Assembly: GCF_004010195.1 (NCBI RefSeq)
Contig: NC_057718.1
Location: 83,712,624-83,776,623 of the forward strand
Direction of reading: 5' to 3'
Source of the DNA: Chiloscyllium plagiosum
Lineage: Eukaryota
DNA: 64,000 bases
Positions 49,373-62,800 of this stretch are shown one piece after another. A model generated the notes under the pieces. It worked only from the letters and a program-made list of their open reading frames with translations. It was not told the DNA's origin and searched no databases. Both the position numbers and the translations under genes were made by a program. Numbering within the stretch: position 1 is the stretch's first letter; every line of letters starts with the position of its first letter.

Positions 49373-51092
49373 CTACTATCAAACCGGCAGACAAGGGAGG
49401 CACGGTGGTAGTTTGGCGCACCGATCTTTACATTGCTGAGGCTAAACGCCAGCTCGCGGCACCTCCTCCTACTGACCCCTTGACCATGACCCCACCTCCC
49501 ACCACCAAACCATCATCTCCCAGACCATCCATAACCTCATCATCTCACGGGATCTCCCATCCACCGCCTCCAACCTCATAGACCCACAACCCCGCACCGT
49601 CCGTTTCTACCTCCTGCCCAAAATCCACAAACCCGACTGCCCCAGCCGACCCATTGTCTCGGCCTGTTCCTGCCCCACCGAACTCATCTCTCATACCTCG
49701 ACACGGTCCTGTCCCCCTTAGTCCAAGAACTCCCCACCTACGTTTAGGACATCACCCACGCCCTCCACCTCCTCCATGATTTTCACTTCCCCAGCCCCCA
49801 GTGCCTTATCTTCACCATGGACATCCCATCCCCCATCACGAAGGCCTCAAAGCCCTCCACTTCTTCCTTTCCCGCCGACCCAACCAGTACCCTTCCACTG
49901 ACACCCTCCTTCGACGGACTGAACTGGTCCTCACTCTGATCAACTTCTCTTTCCAATCCTCCCACTTCCTCCGAACCAAAGGAGTAGCCATAGGCAGCTG
50001 CATGGGCCCCAGCTATGCCTGCCTCTTCGTAGGATATGTGGAACAGTCCATCTTCTGCAGCTACACTGGCACCACACCCCACCTTTTCCTCCGCTACATC
50101 CATGACTGTATCGGCGCTACCTCGTGCTCCCACGAGAAGGTTGACCAGTTCATCCACTTTACTAACGCCTTCCACCCAGACCTCAAATTTACCTGGACCG
50201 TCTCAGACTCCTCCCTCCCCTTCCTAGACTTCTCCATTTCTATCTCGGGCGACTGACTCAACACGGACATTCACTATAAACCGACCGACTCCCACAGCTA
50301 CCTAGATTACACCTCCTCTCACTCTTCTCCCTGTAAAAACGCCATCCCATATTCCCAATTCCTTCGCCCCCTCCGCTGCATCTGCTCCCAGGAGGACCAA
50401 TTCCAATACCGAACAACCCAGATGGCCTCCTTCTTCAAAGACCGCAATTTCCCCTCTGATGTGGTTGACGATGCTCTCCACTGCATCTCCTCCGCCCTTG
50501 AACTCTGCCCCTCCAATCGCCACCAGGACAGAACCCCACTGGTCTTCACCTTCCACCCCACCAACCTCCAGATACATTGGATCATCCTTCGTCATTTCTG
50601 CCACCTCCATACAGACCCCACCACCAAGGATATATTTCCCTCCCCTCCCCTAGCAGCGTTCCGGAAAGACCACTCTCTCCGCAACTCCCACACCCCCCAC
50701 CAACCTAACTCCCGGCACCTTCCCCTGCAATCGCAAGAAATGCAAAACTTGCCCCCCCCCGCTTACTTCAAGGCCCCAAGGGATCCTTCCATATCCGTCA
50801 TGCAATCTTCTTCCTGACCTCTCCGCGCCCACCCCCTCTCCGGCCTATGACCCTCACCTTAATCTCCTTCCACTTATCGCATTCCTAACGCCCCTCCCCC
50901 AAGTCCCTTCTCCCTACCTTTTATCTTAGCCTGCTTGGCCCCTTCTCCCTACCTTTTATCTTAGCCTGCTTGGCACACACCCTCCTGAAGAAGGGCTTAT
51001 GCCTAAAACGTCGATGCTGCCTGACCTGCTGCGCTTTTCCAGCAACACTTTTCAGCTCTCATCTCCAGCATCTGCAGTCCTCACTTTCTCCT
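49373..51092 (+). mobile_element. Penelope-like element (Neptune-like), 5'-truncated RT with 3' terminus
   Basis: IKPADKGG, FYLLPKIHKPDCP.RPIVS, GVAIGSCMGPSYACLF, RYIHD, LPFLD, CNRKKCKTC; frameshifted, GIY-YIG region apparently deleted; TSD ggaaggtca (49364-49372, 51093-51101). Confidence 0.92.
50905..50973 (+). repeat. Tandem duplication of about 35 bp in the PLE 3' region
   Basis: cccttctccctaccttttatcttagcctgcttggc occurs twice. Confidence 0.9.
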
Positions 51093-52039
51093 GGAAGGTC
51101 AGTGTGGACTTGTTGAGCCGAAGGGCCTGTTTCCACACTGTAGGGAATCTAATCTAATTAACCTCTGGACTGTATGCAATGCCAGTGTATCTTTAGACAA
51201 GGGGACCAAAGCTTGTCACTATATACCAATTGTGGCCTGACTTGTTAAAACAAGACATGCCTATTTTTATACACAATTCTTAATTTTGAGCAAAACAACA
51301 TAATTATTTTCCTATAAAGTAGTCAAATGTAACACTTACCACATTTTCTTGTCCTTTTTTTTGCAACTTCGGCAACATATTATTTGCCATTTTCATGGTT
51401 ATTGTATAGCTAGTCAAAACATTTAAAACACTTTTTTTGCCTAATCATCAGGGGAAGAAGTAAGTTAAGGGATCTTTTTGTTAATACCACCATGAAATTG
51501 CACTGTTGGATTTTATTTTTGTGTTTTTGGAGATTGGTGGGTTCGTGTAAATTTTGAAGTAGAACTAATGAACAGACAATGTCTGCAGTAAAAAGCCCTC
51601 CCTTTTTTTGGTTGATTCTGCCCCTCATCAATGGTAATCTTAGAGATTGAATAAAGACAGTTATATGGAAAGGATGTTACATTATGAACAGGAAGATGCT
51701 GTGGGTTGTTATGATAGGGGACAGAATAAGTGGCTGTAAGGTTTAAAATGTTTGACAACATGTATAAAGATTCTCAAGTCTGCAACCTTATTTAACTTGG
51801 TTATTAATGCTGACATTAATTATTATACTCTACTTTTGAAATTAGCAAACATCAAGAGATTTCCCATTCTCAACTATAACTTGTTTGTTTTTTCAATATA
51901 TCTTTGTGCCAAGACGGCTCTAATGTTAAAAGAACTTATTCAGGTCGAAGTCTAACTCGTGGAAAGTCTCTGACCTCTGTTTGACATCTGTTATGCTATG
52001 ATAGTTTGAGATCTGGGGCCAGTCACATTTGCCAGAATA

Positions 52040-52120
52040 CAAGTCCACACTGACCTTCTGAAGAGTAACCCATTCCCCTACATTTACTCCTGACTCATGT
52101 ACCTAATACTATGGGCAATT
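52040..52120 (-). mobile_element. HE1 SINE 3' fragment
   Basis: caagtccacactgacc...ccattcccctacatttac. Confidence 0.8.
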
Positions 52121-53247
52121 TTTTGCTGTACATGACCTTAGAAAGACCTACATCACTTCACAGTTTAAGATACCCATAATTGCAGTATATGAAACGCACA
52201 GCGATCTGATAATGGCCATGTAATTTTTATTTTGTGGTGCTCATTGAGCAAGAACCTACCTGCACTTTGTAATAGTGCCATGCGATTGTTTTTGCATCCA
52301 GTTGAGACAGCAGATGGAGTCTTAGTTAAACATTTTGCCATTGAGTGAACTCTTTCCCCCAGTACTATCGTCTTCCATTAATGTCACAATGGAGTTTCTA
52401 GTTTGATTTTTTTCTGTATTGAAGTCTATGTTTTGGGACTTGAACCTATGGTTTTCTGGTAAAGCAAGGGTTCTACAAATGCAATCATTGTTAACATCTG
52501 AACACAATTGAATGTTGCATGGTGCATACACTAGTCATTATTTTTAACCAGTCCTTAACCTGTTAAATTGGTTCCAACGTGGACCATAACATTTTACTGC
52601 ATGTCCTCACTCCTCCACAACATTTAAGGAGATATCACATAATTGGCTACCTAAATAGATGGAATCATAATACTACAGTTTGCCTGTATTAAGTCTAACT
52701 GCATGCAAAATTACCACTATTGTACACATTCCCTTCTCCCCCCAAAAAAGACTGATTTCCTTCTTAGGATCAACCAATTATGGTGTTTTCCACCCTGTGC
52801 TTGTCCTCCACAATTAATCCACTTAGTTCGTTGTATTCATGAGCCCCACAGAATGCAGTTCAGTAACAAATTTCCACTACAGAATGGTCAGTTCAGACAC
52901 CAACATCGAGATTGTACTTCATGGACTCAATTTTTTCCATTCGGTAGTGGAAGAACTTCAAATACTTGAGGGGATCCATTATGGTACCCTTCTTTGAACC
53001 TCTATGTTGCAAATCTTCCCTGGACTACCATACCTCCATGTCAGGCTGTCTAACTTTACAAACCTAAATCTTCTGAACTTGAATTTGCATGTATACTGAG
53101 CTTTTTCATGATTTCCATCTCTTCAAAAAACTGTCCAAATGCCTCTTAATGCTGAGCTTGTGCTGTGGAATTCAACTTCAAAGTCGTCATCACACTGCAC
53201 TCCTCGTTCACTACCACTACCCTGTAGCATCTGATGACAGTGTGTCA

Positions 53248-54158
53248 TTAGATTAGATTCGATTCCCTACAGTGCGGAAACAGGCCCTTCAGTCCAACAA
53301 GTCCACACTGACCCTCCGAAGAGTAACCCACACAGACCCATTTCCCCTCTGACTCATGCACCTAGCACTATGGGCAATTTAGCATGGCCAATTCACCTGA
53401 CCTGCACATAGTCATAGAGATGTACAGCATGGAAACAGACCCTTTGGTCCAACTTGTCCATGCCGACCAGAAATCCCAACCCAGTCTAGTTCCACCTGCC
53501 AGCACCCAGCCCATATCCCTCCAAACCTTTCCTATTCATATACCCAACAAAATGCCTCTTAAATGTTGCAATTGTACCAGCCTCCACCACTTCCTCTGGC
53601 AGCTCATTCTGTACACGTACCACCCTCTGCGTGGAAAAAGTTGCCCTTTAGGTCTCTTTTATATCTTTCCCCTCTCACCCTAAACCTATGCCCTCTAGTT
53701 CTGGACTCCCCGACCCCAGGGAAAAGACTTTGTCTATTTATCCTATCCATGCCCCTCATAATTTTGTAAACCTCTATAAGGTCACCCCTCAGCCTCCGAC
53801 GCTCCGGGGAAAACAGCCCCAGCCTGTTCAGCCTCTCCCTATAGCTCAAATCCTCCAACCCTGACAACATCGTTGTAAATCTTTTCTGAACCCTTTCAAG
53901 TTTCACAGCATCTCTCCAATAGGAAGGAGACCAGAATTGCATGCAATATTTCAACAGTGGCCTAACCAATGTCCTGTATAGCCGCAACATGACCTCCCAA
54001 GGACTGTGGGAAGAAACCGGAGTACCCGGAGGAAACCCACGCAGACACTGGGAGAATTGTGCATACTCCACATAGACAGTTGCCCAAGGCTGGAATCTAA
54101 CCAGGGATCCTGGTGCTGTGAGGCAGCAGTGCTAACCACCGAGCCACTGTGTTGCCCC
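53248..54158 (-). mobile_element. HE1/V-type SINE split by CR1 (53248-53409 and 54001-54158)
   Basis: cctgcacat | ggactgtggg junction matches the uninterrupted SINE apart from a few lost bases. Confidence 0.9.
53408..54000 (-). mobile_element. Young CR1 3' fragment
   Basis: ORF 53604-54071 WEVMLRLYRTLVRPLL...RGDLIEVYKIMRG. Confidence 0.95.
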
Positions 54159-56243
54159 TGTCGTAATGCTGTAGAAAATTCCACATGGGCTGATTTATGA
54201 ATCTGGATTTGGACTCTGTGTGTACTTAGCTGATAACAAGGCGTGGATATTAAAACTATGTCCAAACCCATGGCGATGCTCGTTATCTGTGCATTTAGAA
54301 AAGTCACCAGAAATGAAAACACAAATTGTGCAAGGTAGTGATTTAACCAAGGTGAAATGCTGTTCAAATACATAATTTTCGCTGAAAGAATTATGAATTA
54401 TATGGACACTTTGAATCTGCTCAATTTGCACCTGCTTCTCCTTTATACATCATAAAACTTTGGGAGCCCACATACAGACAGTTTCTTAGGTTGACTGACT
54501 GAAAGACACCCACCTTGCCCAACAACTTCTCTCTCTCTCAACTAGGATTATTGTGTTTATGCTTTCGAATTGGAAATCTCATTTACAAAAGAACACTTTA
54601 CAAACAGTTTGTTTCTAAAAGAGCAGGCAGAAGCTTGTATTGTACATGTGATTTTTGATTTACAGCTCCATGGTTTTTTGCAAGAGAAAGAATGACCTTG
54701 CATTTATAAAGCAATTTTTCAGGACCTCTAGTATTTCCAAAGCACTTAGACATCCATGGTGTGTCGTCACTGTGATAAAGTGGGAACACGACTGGCAGTT
54801 TTATATGCAACAAGATCCCAGAAACAGTAATGAGGTGATGACTAGGTAATCTGATTATTATGTTGATTATTGAATTAATATTAGTTACCATAATAGAAAG
54901 ATATGGTGCAGTTCACAGTTGGACCATGGGATCTCCTTATGTTTACTTCAGAGGGAAACTTCAATATAGAAGACTTGATTTGACTTCCAAAATACTGTAG
55001 TATGCCTAAACACTCAGCCTTTCTGTAGGATGCTCCAGTGTTGACTCCAATTTTACAAATATAAGGCAGAAAGAAAATGTTGAGTTTGGTACCAAAGTAT
55101 TGTTCATGTTCACAATGTTGTTGCCTTTGTGCCTACTTCTCTTTTTGAACAAACATGAATTTTTACACTCTTTATAGTCTGATTTTTAATTTTTCTGCTG
55201 TGCATCTAGCTTGTGGTAGCCACAAAGTTGTAGTTTGTATTCTTGGCACAAAATTCAGGTGTCTTGGAATGTCTTTGGTTTTGTGTCATGATCTAGAGGA
55301 GTAATTGGTAGGTCAGTACCTAATATACTATGTTGGAGGAGGTGATGGTGAGTTGCCTTCTTGAACTGCTGCAATTCATATGATGAACACTGCTAATATG
55401 AAGAGAATTCCACTATTTTAGAACAGTGACTTAACTTCGAGTAAGGATGATTGATTTGGACGGGAACTTGCAATTTGTGGTGTTTGGTATGCATCTTTTG
55501 TATAGAGGTCATGGATTCAGAATGGGCAGTTCAAGGAGGTTTGGTGATTACGACATAAATGTCATTTACTGCTGCTGTTTGAGTGGGTTTCAGTCAATCT
55601 AAGTAATGATCTGTCTGTGCTCCCAATTTTTTTTATGTTCCATAAGGGAATGGCAGGTGCAAATTGGGCATGTTCATGTTGTGCTCATGGGAAGAAGGGT
55701 ACACTTTTTTTTTGGGTGTGAGCATGTAGTATATTTGTTCGAACAAAATGCTCCGTCATGGGGAGATGGGCTGAAACAAAACTGGGAATGATGGGTTTCA
55801 AATACAATCCCTTGTACATTTGAGGGAACAAACATTTAGAGATGTGCAAGTATAGTTATACCACAATTTCTCCTTGTAAGACATTGATTAAATTAACAAC
55901 TGAAATCTCGTCTGACTATTTAGTTTGTTTTTGCTGCGTGAGGATGATGGTGTTGAAATTTGCTAACTTTTGTATAATTAGTTAGAATGCTTAGTTCCTC
56001 AATAAGCAGTGTAAACATTTTTTTTTCTCCGGCTCCACTTCCATTCTGTTTGATCCTGAAGAGGTCACCCCTCAATCAATCTGCCCATTACCATGTAAAG
56101 TTGTGTTTATCAGCACAAAAGAGTTTCATTTTTTGGATTTTTTAAAAATCCTTTTTTAAATTTTGATGAAAACCAATAATATTTCTGAATGGATCTTGAG
56201 TCTTTACCTTTTAATTTCTTCAAACAATATCGTGAGTTAAGTA

Positions 56244-56370
56244 GGAAAAAGTGGGGACTGCAGATTGTGGCGAGTCAAAGTTGAATAGTGTTGTGCTGAA
56301 AAAGCACAGCAGGTCAGGCAACTTCCAAGGAGTAGGAGAGTCATTGTTTTGGGCAAAAGCCCTTCACCAC
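56244..56370 (-). mobile_element. Penelope-like terminus fragment
   Basis: ggactgcagat...aaaagcacagcaggtcaggc...gggcaaaagcccttca. Confidence 0.75.
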
Positions 56371-56968
56371 ACTTTTTTTTGACAGGGAGTTGAGTGCTAA
56401 CCATGGCTCAGTTAGTAGCACTCTTCCCTTTTGACTGCTAAGATTCTGGATTCAAGGCTGACCCTTTGACAATGCGACATTCCCTTATAAATGCACAGAG
56501 ATGTTGGCCCTTGGATGATCTGTGAAAATGATGCTTTACATTCAAGAAGGTCACTGAAGTCCAGCTACAATAAATTAGTTTGTGGGCAAATTGGTCACTT
56601 GGTTTAACACTGCCTCGACTTCAAAAGACCTGAACAGGTTGTAAAATGGGCTAAAATTTTGAGACATCCAGTGGTCATGGAAAGCGTGATATAAATGCAA
56701 GTATTTTTTTTCTTAAAATTTTAACAAGGTATTTTCCTGTGGTGTTGACAGTTGGCTGGATTGAGATATTTAACATTCTTATTTAGCAAGAAATATTGTT
56801 GGATTATTGAAACAGTTTGAGGGCTATAACATTTTATTGTTGCCCTGTTCTCAATTAGTTGAAAGTTTCTGTCAGTGGCCAAGTGATGATGAAAGTGGCG
56901 TACAGTAATCTGGTGAATTCTGGCGTGTGAATTAAACCTCAAGTGTTTGATTCTGCCATAACCTACAC

Positions 56969-57562
56969 CACCCCTCATGATTTTATAAACCTCTAAGATC
57001 ACCCTTCAGCCTCCGATGCTCCAGGGAAAACCGTCCCAGCCTATTCAACCTCAACCTCAAATCCTCCAACCCTGGCAACATCCTTGTAAATCCTTTCTGA
57101 ACCCTTTTTCAAGTTTCACAACATCTTTCCAATAAGAAGGAGACCAGAATTGAACACAGCATTCCAACAGTGGCCTAACTAATGTCCTGGGCGAAAGTGA
57201 GGACTGCAGATTCTGGAGATCAGACTCAACGTTAGTGGTGCTGGAAAAGCACAGCAGGTCAGGCTGCAGCAGAGGAGCAAGAAAACTGATGTTTCGAGCA
57301 AAAGCCCTTCATCAGGAATGAGTATTCCTGATGAAAGGCTTTTGCTCAAAACGTCAATTTTCCTGCTCCTCTGCTGCCTGACCTGCTGTGCTTTTCCAGC
57401 ACCACTTTAATATTAACTAATGTCCTGTACAGCTGCAATATGATCTCCCAACTCCTGTACTCAATACACTGACTAATAAAGGAAAGCCTTCACTATCCTA
57501 TATACCTATGACTGTACTTTGAAGGAGCAATGAACCTGCACTCCAAGGTCTCTGTTCAGCAC
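56969..57562 (-). mobile_element. CR1 3' fragment interrupted by a PLE hairpin
   Basis: Matches 53750-54000. Confidence 0.9.
57190..57413. mobile_element. Head-to-head Penelope-like termini with two hammerhead motifs
   Basis: Inverted arms about 57235-57319 and 57324-57406; perfect 14-bp TSD taactaatgtcctg (57176-57189, 57414-57427). Confidence 0.9.
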
Positions 57563-58239
57563 TAGAAATAAAAATAGATTTTTCAGGGCAAGAGAAATTG
57601 TTTAGCTGTCAATTGTAACTTGGTATGCTGTTAGAAATCTTCAATCTTACTGATGTTTAAAATTTTTTTTTTCCCCAGGTTTCTTAACGCAATTGATTTA
57701 AAAAGTGGAATGCGTATTAAATAGCTTTTTTAAACTATTTCCGCTGTGAGAATTTCAGTATACCCTTTGGAAAAGTGGGGCATCACCTAATATCATTCAT
57801 TCCCTTTTTATCATGCACGTATTTTAATATAAATTTCTTAGGAAGAGCAAATGCTGAAACTTTCAGGATCATTACAATGGCAAAATTTAAGCCATTTAGC
57901 TATGTAATGTTATATTCAAAGCACAAACCTGAAGTAGTTGACCATTTTTAGCATATAACATGTATTTAAAGGAGATGATAGATAAATGCTTAGTAGTATT
58001 TGACTGAGGAGCTAAGTGCATTATATCACCAAGTCTGAAGAAACATTTGAGATGACAGACTATTAAATATCTTTTAAATATTTTTAGAAGTTGTAAAACA
58101 TTATTTATAAGATTTTTGTAGGTCAATATTTCTTCTTTTGTTTGCTGTTCTATTCCTACCTATTTGAATTAAGGTTCCAGCAAAGAATCTTTTCCCAGGT
58201 GGATAATGAAAATGTTAAATACAGGATTTAAACCATTAA

Positions 58240-59885
58240 AATAGAGTCAGACCATTCGGCCCATTTGAGTCTGCGCTACCATTTGATCATTTGCTTCCCA
58301 ACCACATTGTCTTGCCTCTCCCCTGCCATAACTCTTCTTCCGCTTACCCATGAAGAGCCTATCTCTGTGTCTTATATGCACTCAATGACTTGGCCTGCCT
58401 TCTGTGGTAATGAGTTCCACAGGTTTACCCAAGCTCCTCCTCATCTCAATTCTTTTTAAGGGTCATCCCTTAGGTGCAAACATCTTTTCCATGTGAACTC
58501 TATCCAGGCCTCCTTCTGCAAGTTTTGAAGAGATCTCCGCCCCTCTACTTCATGCAGTTTAAAAAGAGTGGGGGGGGGGGTGAAGAACAGGCCCAGAGTC
58601 CTAAATTGTTCCACTTGCAGCAAACAATTTATCCACAGGATAGTTCTTGTAAACCCCCTTTCGACTCCTTTCAACACGAGCACATCCGTCCTTGGATACA
58701 GTGCCCAAAACTGCTCCAAATGTAGTCTGACCAAAGCCTTAAACTCTGGTCCTGTGATGAGGTTATTTTAGCAGGGACCCTTTCCTTGTAGATGTCTATC
58801 TCCCAGATGAAACTGTACTCCAGTTTTAAATGGAGCCAAGCTTCCTTGAATACACCAAAAGTGAATTTATTAATTACTAAATTTAAGAAGTCGTAATGCA
58901 ACACACAGATTGGAAGGAGAGAATAAAATCAAAAAGATTAAAAAAAAAGCCAACTTTTTTTTAAGAGAATGTACATCAGTTTTTGGTTTATTTTTGAAGA
59001 ACAGACTCCAAATTGCAACTGTTATTAGATGGCAACAGTAGCATTGACATTGGCAGTTAAGTGGTGAGTCTTCAGATTCTTTGGTTTTGCAAATTGGTTA
59101 AAATTCCTTTTGAACTGGCTGCCACCACTTTGTGCAAAAGAGTGTTTCCTCTTTTTGTTTCACTCAGTATGCAGTGTTGTTTAAATGTCAGTTCTCAAAG
59201 ATATGGCCCTTGGCGTAATACATCTCTGCTCTTGTATTCTAGCCCTGTTGAAATGAATGCTAATGTAGCATTTGCCTTCCGAGCTTTCTTATGAGCCTGC
59301 ATGTTAGACCTAAGAATCCTGGACTGGGACTCCCAAGTGCTATGGTGCTTCAGATTTCTGAAGTCTTTCCCCATGTAGAAAGTAGGTTATGCCTCTTCCT
59401 AACGAATTGCATAACTTCACGCTTTCCCACATTGTATTCCATCTGTTACTTCTTTGCCCAGTTGCCTAGCTGTCCAAGTCCTTCTGCAGCCTTCCTGTTT
59501 CCTCATCTGCAAACCTTGCAACAATGCCCTCAGTTCCTTTGTCCAGATTGTTCATGTATAACGTGAATAGTTGTGGTCCCAACTCAGACTTGTGTGGAAT
59601 TCCACTAAACACTGGCTGCCAGCCTGAGAAAGACTGCTTTTATACCTCCTGTCTGTCTTCTGCCAGTCAGCCAATCTTCTACCCATATCACTCCCTTGTT
59701 CCTAACACCATGGGCTCTTATTTAGCAGCCTTCTGGAAGTCCACTGGTTCTCCTGTGTTTTGCTGGTTATGTTGTCAAGGAATTTTGACGTTTATCAGGC
59801 ATGGCCTCGCCTTGATAAAGCTCTGCTGGCTCAGCCTTATTTTACCATTCACTTCCAAATACTCCATAATCTCATCTTTTATGAT
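58240..59885 (-). mobile_element. Old CR1 fragments (about 58240-58740 and 59230-59885)
   Basis: VRLHLEQFWA; IIKDEIMEYLEVNGKIRLSQQSFIKARPCLIN. Confidence 0.75.
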
Positions 59886-59899
59886 TTGACTCTCAGATC

Positions 59900-62800
59900 T
59901 TTTGTTTTTGTAAGTATATTTATCCGCAAAAACCTTTTTTGACTTTACAAATTTTTGTAATATTTTCAATAACTTTATGTATCAGTATAATAAAAATGCA
60001 AATTACAATACAACTACTGTCTACTAACTACTAATCTACCCTGTAATACAAAACAAAACGTAACACCAATAAATAAGTGACTAATAAGAACAAAAAAACA
60101 CTCTTTCCGGAGTCTCTCTCCCCCCTCCAAAGGACTCAGCAAACCTAACCACCCTGGTTAAACGCATACCCTAGTTAAGATAGCATACAGATCTATATAT
60201 GAATAACTCAAAAAGGGCTGTCATGCCTTTAAAAAAGAAAAGTCTGTTGTGTGGTGCACCATATTTGTGAAAAAAATCCAAGGGAATGTGCTCCATAATT
60301 AATTTCCACCATCCCAACAAGCCCATTGGGTTCTCGAGCACCCAATTCGTCAGAATAATCTTCTGTGCACAGTAAGTAATAATATATAGTTTCTTCCCAT
60401 GCCCATCTAAAGATAAATTCGGTAGACCTAGGAGGAGAAATATCAGGTTTACTTTACTTCAGTCCTCAATACCCTCCCTATCGCTCCAATAAAAGAGAGT
60501 CTTCATCACCCGGACACGCCTTGGCATGCTCATTTGCCACTGGGCAGTGGGGATCTCCAGTGGAGGGATCTCTAAGTGGGAGTCCTTCCCCTTTTTCTTG
60601 AGGATTTGGAGTGGAGGAAGCTGCATGCGGCAGTACCCTGCAACTGCAAATTGCGGTGGTTCACTGACTCCCGGCCCAACTACTTGTTCTGTGGCGTCCG
60701 TGGACCATGTATATATTGGGTGTGGGCGTTTGTACTCCCTTTTTTGATTTCCTTAAAAACCTTCTCCTCTGTTTTTGGTTGCACTTCTTCAGTCCCATGC
60801 TCCTGCTCTTTATGGGGGGAGGGTAGGTCAGAGGACCTCCTCAATTCTGCTCCTGGGCCTGGCCAAATTGCCCATAAACCCAGGCAGCGGGCTGTGAAGG
60901 CGGGTGTTAGGGCCGATTGCCTGCCCCTCTTCCGCAATTATGTCAGAGCCTGGGTGTCCCTGGAGAAGGAGCACATGGTGTCCACAAACATGAGATTTTC
61001 CTGGTAAGGTGGGCACTGCAGGGAGTGGAGTGTATTATTTTCCCCTCCAACTCTATTTTGGTTTAATCCCTGCCCTCCCTTTCACTGTTTAATCACTCAG
61101 CATTGCCCTCTGAGAAGGGCACTGCTTGTCACTGGCCACCCTGGTGTTTCCTTTCTTCTTGGTGGTGGAAGTTGAATAAAGGTTTGTACACCTCTTGTCT
61201 TTCACTGTCTCTGAACTGCGTGCACATGAAAAAGATACTGAGCCTGTGGCATGTGCAGAAGCAATGGGTAAGAGCACCTAGATTTAGTTTACATTTGGGG
61301 CACATTGGCAAAATTTTAAAAGGGGCATCTCCAGACAGTCCGGTGCCAACTGAACCCTGTGCAGAACCTTTAAGTGCATAACAATTAAAAATTACAAATT
61401 GAGATCTTTTGCACATTCTCCCATATGTCCTCCCACGTTGCAGAAGAGATCTCCACTCCTCGTTCTTGCTCCCAAATCTCTCTCAACCGATTAATATTCT
61501 GCCAGGCCCTACCACCCAGCAGGCAATAGAGGGCACTAACAGAAAGGGTGCTGTGACACGTCGCACCAACCCCTCTGTATTTGCCTTATATGGCTTCCTG
61601 AGAAGCGTAGTCGTCTTCTGGATGAAATCCCTAACCTGAAAAAATGGAAAAGGTCTGACCTGGGCAGCCCGTCTTTGCGGCTCAGTTGCTCGAAAGACAT
61701 CACAAACTCCCCTCAAACAAGTCTCCCGAACTGGAAACACTCTCGCTGCCCAAATTTTTAACCCCGAGTCCATCATCCCTGGTTGGAACCCCAGCATACC
61801 AACTATCGGAGTGAGTGGTGAAGTCTTGGATAAGCAGCCTTCACTCTGAGGCATTGCCCTCCATGCCTTAACTGTACTATTAACAATGGAGTTCTGGCAG
61901 TGGTCCATAACTGTCCTAATCTTGTCTGTGAACAACAGGTTAATAAGCGGGCACTTTGCCTGGGAAGCCTCGATATCCAGTTTTATTGAGTCTGGATCAG
62001 TACCTGTCCAATTGCGTGCACAGGACAGCATGGAACTGAATTAATACCTCCTGATGTCTGGGAAATCAATTCCTTCCCATTGTTGCGGCAACTGCAACTT
62101 AGTAAATTTGAGGGGCCGCCCAAGACACCAGACGAAGAAACTAAACCAACCCATACGTTTCCCCAACATTGACCTGGGAAACAACATAGGGAGCATATGC
62201 ATAGGATAAAGCAAACGATGGAGGATATTCATCTTAAGGGCTATTTGGCCGAACCACGAAATTGGAAGAGCCTCCCATCTCTGAAGAACTTGCCTAATAT
62301 TGTCGAGCAGGTGAGTAAAATTAGGCCAAAATAACCAATCAAAACATGGGGGTAATAATAGCTCGGTATCAGAAACCCGCCAGTGACCACTTAAAGGGGA
62401 ACCTCAGGCCACCTTCAACCTCTGGCGCTTCCTTTAGGTCCCCCAAAGGCGTAGCCTCTGACTTTGCAAAGTTGATCTTATCTTGAAGTAGCCCCAAAGA
62501 ATTAATACTTTGTATCAGATGGGGTATGGACGTCATGGGGTTCGATTTAAAAACAGAAGAACATCATCTGCATACAGTGTAATCTTGTGTACCCTTGATC
62601 CCACTTCTGGAGCGGTTATGTGGACGTTCTGACGAATGGCCTCTGCCAGTGGCTCTACCACCAACATAAACAATAGTGGTGAGGGGGGCCAGTTTTGCCA
62701 ACACCCCTACCAATCCTAAAATTCCCAGGTTTCACCCTGTTGGTGATGTCTGCGGCCAGAGGGTGGCAAGATAAAACCTCCACCCACCCAGCAAAGACCC

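Larger units (their letters stand above)
49220..51158 (+). mobile_element. HE1/V-type SINE split by a PLE (49220-49372 and 51093-51158)
   Basis: SINE sequence resumes after the 9-bp duplication ggaaggtca. Confidence 0.9.

Noticed and set aside
57660..57690. Strong acceptor ttttttccccag as SOS exon 2
   Set aside because: The in-frame reading is GTT TCT TAA, not the expected VQ.QVHP
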